The notes under the pieces: model-generated | Seen by the model: only the letters and a program-made list of their open reading frames with translations | Told to the model about the DNA's origin: nothing | Database searches by the model: none | Program-made: the position numbers and the translations under genes | Assembly: GCF_006345805.1 (NCBI RefSeq) | Contig: NC_043009.1 | Location: 67,766,001 to 67,830,000, forward strand | Reading direction: 5' to 3' | DNA length: 64,000 bases | Source of the DNA: Octopus sinensis | Lineage: Eukaryota | Part shown: positions 11,911 through 25,039 of the stretch, in pieces | How positions within the stretch are numbered: the stretch's first letter is position 1 | Layout of the letters: each line of letters opens with the position of its first letter

Positions 11911-12160
11911 TCGTCAGAAAAAAATTAGCTAAAGAGGTGACTATAATCCGAGCTGCAGACAAGGCCTCTAAGTGGATTTGAATAAAGAGGGCAGACGGGT
12001 GTCTTGCTGCTCTTGGAATGCATCCTGGGACTTCATCAGCCTCAGCTGGCTCTACCGGGCAAGGTCTGATGCTAAATGACCGGAAACACGAAGTACGTAC
12101 AATTCAAAACCACATCACTGATGATGAATCCCAGAACATCCGTGCGATGAATCTTGAAAC
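11911..12160 (+). mobile_element. 3' end of a Hero/NeSL-like (RLE-type) non-LTR retrotransposon
   Basis: Translation KLAKEVTIIRAADKASKWI*IKR matches the AAEKASxWxWIKR C-terminal motif I recall for Hero-like ORFs (TGG to TGA). It is followed by a 3' UTR with ctgatg...gaaacac...atcactgatgatg. Recognised from memory, not by search. Confidence 0.65.
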
Positions 12161-12630
12161 TTGATAAACTTAATTAATTAGATATGTCTCTCAAGGCTCT
12201 GTCTCCGATCTTTACAAAGTAGGGGCTTCTCTTACATATCTACACAGATCCTCTCCATTACGTTTTCCTCCGCAAAACTCAGAAAGATAACTATTTCTCC
12301 CATCTTGCATTCCAGCACCAAAGTGAATCGATTTTGAGAGATTATTTTCTGCTCTTTTTCTGTTTTCTTCTTTGCTTGTTTTGTTTGTCTGTTGTTGTGG
12401 GGAGGGGGTGTTATTCTTTTGGTTTCTTTACTTTTTAATGTACTTTTACAATGGAGAATGTTTTCCGTTTCCTTCTGTCGTCTGTTTCAGAATTACTTCA
12501 CTGATGCCTTTGCTCTGATCTTCATATCGTCAGTAGATCAGAACCGCTAAGCTTGAGAAACGGTTATAGATTGTGTTGCGGTTGTGTATTTGATTGTGTA
12601 TATTGTATGTATATATATATATAATATATA

Positions 12631-12714
<84 letters not shown>

Positions 12715-12838
12715 ATATGTATGTATATATGTATTTATGTATGTATGTATGCATGTATGTATGTATGTATGCATGTATGTATGTATGCATGTATGTATGT
12801 ATGGATGGATGGATGGATAGATCGATAGATAGATAAGC

Positions 12839-12895
<57 letters not shown>

Positions 12896-14316
12896 TAGAT
12901 ACGAATGTATACACGAATGTACTTCTGCGTATGCTTACGCGTATGTATCTATACGTATCTCTATAAATAGTTATAATTGAATACGCTTGCAAAAATATTT
13001 GGGAAAAGAAAAATGGACACAACACAGATATTATTTATGTGCAGAGAGGTCATGCATCTATATTGATATAAGTGAAATTTTATGTGTGTTCGTTATGTAT
13101 GTTCGATAAAATTTTTAAAAGTCATGTACCTGTATTGTTACTTTTATTCAATCAAAGGTGTTTGTCAAACACGACTCTTTCCACCAGCTGTTGCCGATTT
13201 TACAAAGAAGATAATACCAGTTCTTCATTATAGTTGACAGGATCAGACATTTTAATTTAGAATTAAGAAATTAAAAGATACATAGTATTCACGTATTTAA
13301 TCCTGTTTTGTTTTTTTTTCATATATTTTGTTTTTTAAGAAATTCTTAAATTTTCTAGTCGTATTTTACGATTTCATCTTTTAGAAATCGTCAGCATAAC
13401 ATAACCTGTGACTTATTAATTAGACATTTTATGGAGCGAAACATTTCATTAAGTTTGGAGATAATTACGGTCTGGTGAGAATTCATGGAATACATGTAGG
13501 ATTTTATACTTCATGGAACATTGGTAATTCAGCAATAGAGAAAGAAGATAGTTCTTTGGGTTTAAACACTTAATAATAACTGTTTCCAGGGAATTTTATT
13601 TTGTGAACATCTCTTATAGCAACCAATTATTTCAGCTTCACTAACCATTCCCAAACCGTTTTCCGGTGTAGTCTTTCAGGTGTAAATATTGGTTTTAAGC
13701 TGCTATTTCATATTGATAACCCTTTGCTATCTAGTGGAACCGACAACTAATCGTAAACATAAAGCCGTGACGGTTGACAACAGTTTGAATAGATAGTCTC
13801 GAAAACCCAGCTAGAGTTTTTCAAACAGTTGTCTTTCCCCTGGTGGTCGCAAACATTACAAAGGAGATAATCATTTCTTCACAATATTTAACCGGATTAG
13901 AAATTTGAATTGCAATAAAGTAATTAGGAGTTAAAAATGCATAAAATTCACATATTAAATCCTAAAATTTCCAGTTGTCGGTATATATGCATAGTATTAG
14001 TTCATTCTTTAAAAAAACGCCGTATGCATTTATAAGTGTATAAATATATACTTTTATATATAATTATATATATGTGTGTGTGTGTGTGTATGTATGCACA
14101 CGTGCATGGTTGTATATAACCATGGACCACGAATGTATATTTAAGCAGGAGTTATTTGTGTCGTCTCAAAGCTGTAGACAGAAAAAATACAAAATTAATT
14201 CAGTACTTATATAAGTAATTCAGTATTTATATAAAATTAATTAAAACATATACATACATACACACATACACATACATACATATATGCATTCATTATATAC
14301 ATATATATATATGACC

Positions 14317-14418
<102 letters not shown>

Positions 14419-14506
14419 AATCAAAGAAGTATTATTATCTTTATTAATAATAATAAAGATAATAATAAGGTGGCTAGCAAGTTTATACCCTGACAAGTAA
14501 AATATA

Positions 14507-14951
14507 TTCAGATTCATTAGGGTATTTAAATACCACTTGCTACACACAGCCATCGCTCCAAAACCACCAATAGCTCACTTAAAATACACACAGGTAATCC
14601 AACGTATTTAGGAGAAACAGGTTTACTTTGCGTGGAATACAGAAGTAAGTAATATGTGTATTCTAGTATCAACGGATTTCACCCCCTGTGTGAAGAACCA
14701 TACTTTGAACTCATCAGCTGAAAATAATACTAAAATCTATTTCTGAAGTATTCATCGCATTACCTCGTGTGCCTTCTTTACTTTAAACTGAAATGTACGC
14801 ATTACTTCCTTCTGTATTCCACGCAAGGTAAGCCTCTTTCTCCTATATTTGTTACATTGCCCGTGTGTATTTTAATAGTGAGTTAGTGATGGTTTTGGAT
14901 CGATGGCTCTGCTTATAGCAAGTGGTATTTAAATGCCCTACTGGATTTGAG
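14507..14951. mobile_element. Foldback/MITE-like element with about 135-bp imperfect inverted arms
   Basis: 14518-14652 is the reverse complement of 14801-14940 (e.g. tgcgtggaatacagaag / cttctgtattccacgca; atttaaataccacttgct / agcaagtggtatttaaat). Confidence 0.8.
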
Positions 14952-15100
14952 TATACTATATATAAATATATATAAACAGTGTCCATTTAAATACATAAGA
15001 GGTGGCCCTTTTAGGACACCTAACACTCTAAACGGTGTAGTCAAAATTTAAACCATTGTTAGGGGTAATTTCGAAGGGAAGGAAAAATAAAACACTTATC

Positions 15101-15190
15101 ATCTTTCTGCCGGACCATGGTTTCGAACTTTAATTAGCAAATAAAGTAATTTGCTAGGCGAAGCTCTCATCAGCGGGAACGCCAAAAGAT
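15101..15190 (-). ncRNA. Predicted type I hammerhead ribozyme with intact canonical core
   Basis: The minus strand reads AUCUUUUGGCGUUCCCG CUGAUGA GAGCUU CGCC UAGCAAAU UACUUU AUUUGCUA AUUA AAGUUC GAAAC CAUG GUC CGGCAGAAAGAU. All core nucleotides are present, with G10.1-C11.1, palindromic helix III (ACCAUGGU), a GUC triplet and a bulged stem I. Structure was predicted by eye. Confidence 0.75.
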
Positions 15191-15389
15191 TAACATATAA
15201 ATACGAGGCAATACAGTACATGCCTCGTGCTTACATATCCTAAGTTTTCAAATTCACCGCGCACGCGCAGTTTTTGTCGGCAGCAAATAAAATAATGCCG
15301 ACTTGCTTCAAAAAATTTACCAAAAATTATTAATAAAGATCAGGGTAAGAAAAATTTTTTTAATTTTTACTACCAGTGGCCTTACATAT

Positions 15390-15435
<46 letters not shown>

Positions 15436-18400
15436 TGTGAAGTATATGAGCGTGTCTGTATAGCGCATGTGTGTATACTTATACATATAGACAGTCAGTA
15501 AACGCACGTGGTTACTCGCTTATTCGTGGCTGTCTTCTTGGTAGACGATTACATTCAATACATGAACCTATTGTTCTAAGTATAACCTATACGACCTTAA
15601 CTAAGAGCCACGATACGTCTCTGAGTTGCCGTGAATTCTTCTATGAAATACACCATAGTTGTTTAATCATGTCGTACTTCCTTCGTGTCTAGTCTTTTCC
15701 TAGACGTATTTAGATTCTTTTAGTGCAACGTCGACTCGTGCAAAACGCGACGATTCTTGTTCCTTTACATCTGTCTCTGGTAGTGTGCAGCGCAACACAA
15801 ATTTGTACTGCTGCTGCTGATGCTGTTTATGCGTGCATGTATTACTTTATGTTCAGTTGAACTGCGTCGGTCTTGTTAGACCACTTCAGTAAAGTATGCG
15901 TTTATTCTTACTTGCCAGAACTGTTGTAGTCTATTAGAAAAATAATATACTGAAAAATAATCATTCACTGATTGTCAAATTTAACACTTTGATCGCGCAA
16001 AGTGAATATATCTGCTCCAAACTTAATTCCTGTTAACTGCAGAAAACGGTTTTCTACCATGGTTTAAAAAAAAAATTTTTTTTTGCTGCGGGAAGCGGAG
16101 ACCCGCTGTGACACTTTCTACAAAATACAATTTTTCAGATTTTTTTCATATATTTCATGAACCATCTTTTTACTGAGCAAGAATCGAACCCTTTTAGTGG
16201 TGGACATGAAAACCGTATCTTCAGGAAATACTGAAAAAGTATTGCAGAAGCAGAAATTATTAATTCTATTTTTTTAGGCGGGTAATTAACATCATTAGGG
16301 CAATGACCGTGAAATTTAATTACGTAGTCAATGAGTAATATAATGAGATGGGAAAATTGCGAAGGTTTGCCTTCTGGGCCAAAAAATAAAATACTTTATT
16401 ATGGGTTAATATACATAATGTAGCTAACAAAATAGAAATTAATCAATTAAAATTACACCTGTAATGAAATGAAAATCATCACTGTTAATTACAATTCTAC
16501 TCAAAGGCAATGGAGACATTTTCGAAATGTCCATTGATTAGAAATTGAATTTTATATTTTCTTCTTTAATTTGAGCACTATGTTAATACTGCTGCTTTTC
16601 AAGCAGAAGGCGTATCCAAGAAATGTTTACAGGATATTATTTGAAATTAACGAATCAATGAACGCGTTTCACTAAAATGTAGCGAATTCGAACAGTCACT
16701 GTACATAGGGCGTTGGATGAGGGCTAATATAATCGTTATTACAGAGTCGCCGGAGTTACCAAAGATCAGTTGCACTCTTATTGGTGACCCTCATTCATTT
16801 CTTAATTAATCTAAATTCCAGAGGGGTCTGCACTTACTTTATTAAGGCTAATCATTGACAGGTGTAGGATCCATTGCAATAAATACGTCAGTTTTCTCAG
16901 GCAAAAATGCCTAGCAGCATTTCATCTGTCTTTACGTTCTGAGTTCAAATTCCGCCGAGGCCGACTTTGCCTTTCATCCTTTCGTGGTTGATAAATTAAG
17001 TACCAGTTGCGCACTGGGGTCGATCTAATCGACTGGCCCCCTCAGACCTTGTGCCTAGAGTAGAAATGTATATGTGTTTAAGTGGGTAAAAATTGAAGCA
17101 GCTGTAAAATACATGTGCTTAACAGCAATTCATCCATCTTTTCTGAGATCAAATTCCGTCGAGGTCGATTTTAACATTCGTCTTTTCGAAATCGATAAAA
17201 TAAGTACAAATAAGTACCAGTTGAACACTGGGGTCGATCTACTCGACTCACCTACTTCCCCGAAATTACGACCCTGGACCACAATTTGAAGCTAATATTA
17301 GTTTATTTTAGCAAAGTCACAAATTTTGAATTTCAGAAATGTAATTAAAAGTGTGACATCAATTTTTTTTCTAAGAGGTACATTTTAATTTTCACAAGTA
17401 ATTATGGATTTAACATTAACTAATATCGAGTCTCTGTTTACCGACATCTTGCTCCGACTAAAATTACTCAGAGTATTCGAGAGAGTATATCCACATCCAC
17501 CAATGTTGTTTTGCTGCTGTATAATGCTTTGGCTAGAAGACATTACTGCAATAGGTGACAGGTGTCAGACTTTGTGGCCTTCTGTGACCAACACTTATAA
17601 TTGGTTATTGATGATCAAATTAGCAATATTTTGGTTGATTGCCTGCATTCACGCAAACTTAAACAGTGAAGCTAACCTTATAGCTGTATCTATCCTTCGA
17701 GGATTGGCCAGCATTAGTTGCCTGTTGGAATCTGTAGTGCTTTTGGTGTCTGTTAGTCATTTATTATTTATTTATATTTATTTATTTATTTACCAATATC
17801 GTGTCAAAGGGTGTTAGCTGGGTTGTATAAATGGCGCAAAATAGATTCAGCTGTCCATTCTCTTGCCGCACGGTTCTTAGTCACTGTTCTTCATTTATCC
17901 ACAAATAAGGAACATAGATGTTTGCATATCCCTCTACCCCCTACCTTCTCCTCACCTTCCCCGTGACCGGTGTCCGGCCAAGTCTGACCTTTTTTGGTTC
18001 GACTACCATCTGTGTAGCATCTCTTTTATTCTTTCCCATGACTTTCATCACTTATGTTCCTGCCGTAAGGCTTCACTTCCACACACGCCAGCTTAATTTA
18101 AGTTGCCCTTAGTCGAAAGACACCTGTTGTTAATATCCTGTTGTTTGTATTTGTAATTGTCTACCATTTCTCCATTTTTTTTTCGCCCTTGTTTTCTTAT
18201 ATATTCACTTGCTTTCTTCCAACGAATCTAGTGCACTTAGCTTAGATTTTCTTGGGTCCAGCCAGATTAGAGCAGTCTCGAGAGTAACCGGCCGAAACTG
18301 CAAAGACGATCTGGTGTTTGACTGAACACTGAAAGCTCCGACAGGAAAAAACAAAGACCCGTCCTTGTTTTTTCCAGTCCCTTTCTGTGTCGTCTAACTG

Positions 18401-18700
18401 TCCGAATGTTTTGTTGTCGCTTGTTACGTTCTTGTTCCGTTTTTTGTTTTTATTATATATATATAAGGAGAATTCACAAAAAAAACAAAATACGAAGACA
18501 AGTGGTGTAGACAATAAACAGATGTACTAATTTAACGCTCGGGAAGTGAAAAATACTTTAATGTTTCGAGCCTACGCTCCACAGAAAGGAACGCAGAAAG
18601 AAACAGGGAGAGAAAATAAAGAGAATATATATATATATTATATTACACGAATCTATACATTTGTATATGTATATATCATATATATATATAAATATTTATG

Positions 18701-18770
<70 letters not shown>

Positions 18771-18887
18771 TCTGTGTGTGTGTATAAACGTATTATGTGA
18801 GAGTGAGTGCATGTGTATGTGTGCCTCTCTCTCTGTCTCTCTCTGCCTCTGTCCATGTCTATTTGTTTCTCTTCCCCCTCTCTCTCT

Positions 18888-18991
<104 letters not shown>

Positions 18992-21900
18992 AGAACCGTA
19001 TGCAAGAGGTTAACACTGCTGGCAGACAGAGTGACATTCATTCGATTCCAATTGCCCTCGAAGACATTAAGCTTTCTCTCTCTCTCTCCAACGACGTTGT
19101 CGCTGGCAAGCATTCAAAGTAAAACACTTCATTTAGCATTCATTATGAATGTGAGGTATGTCTGCTTCAGTGAAAAGCCGTCAACAGTAGCAATGAGATA
19201 AGAAAACTTAAACATCACTGGAACATGTAAATATTTCATCTCAAAGGAATCAGCAGACAGACAATATATAATGAACAATACATGGTAGAAAGTTCATGAA
19301 AACATATATTATGTATAAAATGATATTATGGGATATTTAAGAATGGTTATTTACTATCAGCACATTATATTTTGTATGGTGCGTTTACTCACTTTCTCCC
19401 ATCTCTAAAATACAATCGTTACATTTAGTTCACACTTACTAATAACGTACCAGCTACTATGATCATTACGGGGACAAATACCGTATTTTCCGTCGTACAA
19501 GTCGAATTTTTCCGACTAAAATTTACAGCAAAATAAGATATGTCAAAGTGATTTTGAAGGACCAAAATTTTCATGGGAAATACAGCAGGCTTTAGAAAGA
19601 TAATGGCGATATTTGAATGGTTTTACTATATGTTTACACAACATACTACATCGACCTCGATCTGTATAAAGAAAAATACATTCTATTATTTAATGAAAAT
19701 GTCTTAATTATAAATTTTCAAAAAACTTTTCCGTCAGTTCTTGGGACATATTTGGTCTGTAAAAAGCCATTTTCACTGCGGTTTGATGCGAAGAAAATTC
19801 TCGCTCTAGACAGCACGTGTTAAAACACCAACGGACATATCAGAGCGCCCTCTGTAGAACAGTCAGTGCACTTCAAGCTCGTTAGTCATCATCAGCACCT
19901 GATACCGAGGGAGACAATCCTGGAATGACTTTGGAAGTCATGGCTTTCTTATAGAAAACCAGTAAAAAATCACACAATGATTGCGTGCGACGCCACCAGG
20001 CGGGGATAAATAATGTAGTAGATACTTGAAGCAGTGTTGTGAATCAAATTTTTTAGATCGGTTCAAATAAGTTAGGGACATAGAAGCGTACTTTGACTAA
20101 CAAATTGGAACCATGCCTTTCATTGCTATAAGTAACTGTGCCTTACAAACAGGAACTCCACTTTGCTCTTAGGAACTCTGTTTCAATTTACATAATTATA
20201 GCTACCGAGCAATTAGCCATTAATCGTATTGATTTTGATGACGTATAAGTATATAACTATATAGTTCCCAAAGGAATTTGGAACATGACCAAAAGAGAAA
20301 TGTTCCAGTCACAAACCGAAACATGATCCTGGGAAATTTTACTCAATAATAAGATTCGACCAGCATTCAACCTGGCTTTCAACTATTTCAACTTTTATTA
20401 GTTGTTGTTGTTGTTGTTGTTGACGACGACGACGACAACGACGATGATGATGATGATGGTGGTGATGGTGATGATGATAACGATGACGATGATAACGATG
20501 ACGATGATGCTATACAGTCCGTATTATCGTCTGTTCATAATCAGTTTTAAGCTAATTCTAAGACGAACCTATTATCAGAAGCATTCCATTCGTGACAGTT
20601 CCATCTTCCAAATTTAATATATCTCGGTCCTATATTTCCCAATGTGATGTTCTTTTTAAGATGACGAGGTGGGATTTAAGGGAAATTTGTCCGCCATTCG
20701 TTTGGTTGCAGATCAGGCTCCATTTGAAAGCCACTCTCTAAAATAATTTTTTCCCCTTGCATATGCAGATATCTTCAGCTTTACAGGGAAAGTTAGTGTT
20801 GATTATTTAACATGGCTGACATCGCATTAAATCACGAGTGTTTTGTATATGAAACCGAATAAATAAATTAAATAACTACACCAGGGAATCAACAGGCGAC
20901 TCGAACTTTGGTCAGCGGGGGAGTATATTGAAAGCAATCAACAGCGAATTATTGATTTTATATACAGGGAAACTATGGAAATTACATGATCAAAATGAAA
21001 ATTATCACACTGAATTCGATGTTAATGAGTCAAGTGAACCATGCATAGATTAAATGTCAATAAAATGAAGTCAAACCTAGATTTGATAGCAAAGGTTCAC
21101 TATTGAATCTAATTATAATTATTGTTATTCTGTAAATAGGAGTCGAAGCCAAAATAGTAAATCGAAATTAATTTACTTGTTATATGTACGTAACATATTC
21201 GAGTAGACTCGGCGAATGAATAGCAATGGCTGGAAGGAAAAGAGAACTATGTGTTGCAAATGAGGTTTCTAATGTGATTCGAGCAATAGAGGCTGTAGGA
21301 GCGGAAGTCAGCAGAAAGTCGCCATAATGATTTGCGTTGCATGAATATTCCCAGAGAAAGAAGGGGGGTGAAATGGGGAGGGAGGAATGAAAAGGAAGCG
21401 ACGGAAGAGAGCTAGAGAGAGAAATGAGAAAGTGTCAAATTAGAGCTTGTGAAGAAATTGGCGTTCAGTTTATTGCTTTTATATAAACACGCGTGCGCAC
21501 GAATACGAACGCGGGTTCATCTATGGTGTATATATGTTTATATGAGCGAGTGTGTGTGTGTGGAGAGAGATAGAGCTAGAAAGAAAAGAAGGCAGAGAAT
21601 GAATACAACCAACTGGTGTCTTAATTGCTACCAACTGCACACAACTTAATTCGAAACTACATTTAGTTGGAATTACGTATTGACTGTTTTTACTGATTAA
21701 AACAGAGATTTTTTTTAAGTTGAGCTCATTAACAATTCGAACAAGGAGCAAATTATTTCTATTGCGTATATCCCACGGAACTAAAATAACGATACAGATT
21801 AGAATTAAAGTCGCATCATCTCGTTAAAAATTGCCATTCTAGATATGCCAACCCTACCGATTCCTGCCTACCAAATCCATTGACAAAGCTTTGGTCGGTT

Positions 21901-22345
21901 CGAGGCTATAATAGAAAATATATGCCCAAGGTTGCACACAGTGGGACTGAACCACAGACCAGGCGCTTCGGAAGCAATCTTCTTAACCACATACTCACCT
22001 TTGCGTTTATTTCATAATAAGCTTTTCTTTTTTTCCCCATAATTTATCTACGCATTTTAAGAGTCATTTTCATTTTCGCCAAAATTTCCATAATTATGTG
22101 GTGATCAGTATTTAATCCTTACAAACCAACTTTCTTCTTTTCTATTTTGCTGACGAGGTTAATTCCTGTACGCATAAACAATGTAGCGGCGACGACACGT
22201 GACTCGATATATGGATCGATGTTCGCTGGTTAATTAACTTCTATCACAGGAGAGAGTATGCGTCTAAATCTACATCATTGTATCAGCGTTTCCGTTCTTG
22301 TAATGCAGTTGGAGTTTTGTTTTGGTATTGTTTTATTCTATGGTG

Positions 22346-22420
<75 letters not shown>

Positions 22421-22706
22421 TGTGTATAAATGAGAGAGAGAGAGTAGGATGTTGCTAATGTAAATTGTGGAAACGCAAATCGGAATAATGTAACTGATGT
22501 TAGATTAATAACAACACACTTTAAAAGAACTGCTGAATACGCACGCACACACACAAACACACACATAAACACACATATATACAAGCAGAGAAAAATATAT
22601 GTATGTACGTATTATTCTAATCTCTTAAAACTCAGAATATTATCAAGAGATAACACGTGTATACACAAACATCTAGATAGATAGATAGAATGATAGATAG
22701 ACAGAC

Positions 22707-22769
<63 letters not shown>

Positions 22770-23477
22770 CAGACCGACAGATACATACATACATACATAC
22801 GCACATACATACATATGCTTATACGTGTATGTACATGTATGTATGTGTGTATGTATGTATGCATACGTATTTGTGTGTGTGTATACATATATATATCTAC
22901 ATATACATATATATATATATGGTATTATATCTAGATTGTGGCGTTCGTCTTTCAAGATCTTAGATTCAAAATGGCTCCACAGCTCCATCTATTTCTTTCT
23001 CGATGTCCGTCCGAGGTAATTTTAAAAACTAAGCTCCTAAGTCTTATTTATATGTAAGTTAGTTTTGGCTTTTTCTCTCCTCTTCATTTTGATGTCATCT
23101 GACAAAGCCATTTATATACGACTCTTTATGTTTGCCCAGATTCTTTGCCAATGTTTACTTGAATAAAATCATGAATTAGTTTCGTTGTTCAATTATTTTG
23201 TGCGTTGTTGCTATCTTTGTTGTTAGATGTGTGAATTTGTCTTCTCCTCGATCGTTTTTATACCTCACCACTCATTATTTCTTATCCTATTATTTAGTAT
23301 TTCGCTTTCCGAATCGCACATTCTTCTTTATTTCTCTGTTACATTCTTCCGTACCTTCTACGTATCAAATTTTGTTATTTCTTTTAATCACATTTCTCTG
23401 ATATCTCGGTATCTTTAGATAAATTTGGGTTAGTTTTAGATTTTGAAAATACTCTCTCTCTCTCTCTCTCGCTCCCT

Positions 23478-23527
<50 letters not shown>

Positions 23528-23530
<3 letters not shown>

Positions 23531-23735
23531 TAATCCAACAAGTAAACAAAAACGAAAAGACAACAACGCAAGGACGTGGAACAAATAAAGTATTATTGGA
23601 CGCTCAGGAAAGAAGGAAGAAGGAGGGTTTGACGTTTCGAGCGGAGCTCTTCGTCGGAAACATAGGAGAAGGAAAGATCCCGAGAAGGGAAGACAGAGGA
23701 AACAAATCGCTAGTGATACAGACGAGGTCACATAC

Positions 23736-23804
<69 letters not shown>

Positions 23805-24012
23805 AGTTAATCCAAACATGAAAACACAAAGAGAAAACACAACAACGCGAGGACGTGGAACAAGTATAGTGTTATTGGACGCTCAGGAAAGGAAAGAAGG
23901 AATGAGGATTTAACGTTTCGAGTGGAGCTCTTCGTCAGAAGCATAGAAAAAGGAAAGATCCAAGGAAGGGAAGACGGAGGAAAAATATCGCCAACGATAC
24001 ACACCTGGTCAC
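23528..24012 (-). mobile_element. Tandem pair of Penelope-like family A units separated by (AT)n
   Basis: Units 23528-23733 and 23805-24012 have the same orientation, each with a hammerhead-like core (CCGACGA...GAAAC-GUC and CUGACGA...GAAAC-GUU). Confidence 0.8.
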
Positions 24013-24064
24013 ACACACACACACACACCACACACACACATATATATATATATTATATATATAT

Positions 24065-24110
<46 letters not shown>

Positions 24111-24191
24111 GATGAATATGGTACTTAAGTTGAGGTACTAGAATTTAGTACGGTATTATCCATACAATTTCAAAATAAGGTGATCAAAATC

Positions 24192-24430
24192 AAAATAAAC
24201 AACAAGGATATCCAGGGGTAATGCAGTACGATCGTTTAATTAAATTAGGACAGATGGACACATTAGTATAATTATACCTAAAATCTCCAAGAAGTTAAAT
24301 CAAATTTTATGTTTTTGTGTAGCTGAAGATTGCTCTACATTTTAAATTGATGTCATGATTACATTGTTCAATTAAATGGAGTTGCATGAAACGATCGTAC
24401 TACATTACCTCTGGATATCCTTGTTGCATA

Positions 24431-24434
<4 letters not shown>
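24192..24434. mobile_element. MITE-like element with about 38-45-bp TIRs
   Basis: caacaaggatatccaggggtaatgcagtacgatcgttt (24200-24237) versus aaacgatcgtactacattacctctggatatccttgttg (24389-24426), 2 mismatches. Confidence 0.75.
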
Positions 24435-24464
<30 letters not shown>

Positions 24465-25039
24465 CACCAGCGTTTAAAATTCTGTTTTTGTTTCAATCTG
24501 GTCGAAAGTAATAAAAGTATGTAATTGGCAATATTCGGAAGCTAGCAAGATGCCTCTTTTTCTTTTTTAGTTTGTTGCTTGTTACCAAATTTAATAGATT
24601 TATTTTCATATAGCATGTCAACATTATATTTTTCTTGCAACTAATAGCCTTTTGAGTCAGCTGCCATTCACATTGAACATCTTCATATTTTATGGTAAAA
24701 ACCCTATTTTTACTCAATTTAAAGACTTCATTAAAAAAAATAGTCTCAAAGGAATTTTAGGAACTTACAGGAAATTAGTCTTAGAAATGTGACATAACCG
24801 ACTCCAAAGACCATAGTCTGAAGTGGCGTGACAGTGTTTGTAATAATATATTGTAAAACATATTGAATTTGTATTTAGTGATCTCAGTTTTCTTCATCTC
24901 TGGGTATTTGTAGCGAATAACATACCTATTCTGAGAACGTACACAATACACACACATACATACACGTTATATGTTACAATGTCCGTTTGTGTGAGAGAGC
25001 GTGTGTTGTAAATGGAGTTGTATGGAAACACTATTTTTT

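Noticed and set aside
12491-12550. Strong acceptor followed by NYFTDAFALIFISSVDQNR*, vaguely like an Arf/Arl GTPase segment
   Set aside because: It needs a gap to align, ends in a stop without a donor, and no other GTPase motifs are nearby.
14600-14826. Exon-like segments with gtaagt/gtaagc donors
   Set aside because: They lie within the arms of the 14507-14951 foldback, and the acceptors are poor.
17404-17817. 137-aa ORF starting with ATG
   Set aside because: No recognisable motif, composition typical of AT-rich non-coding DNA, and no supporting splice or expression signal.
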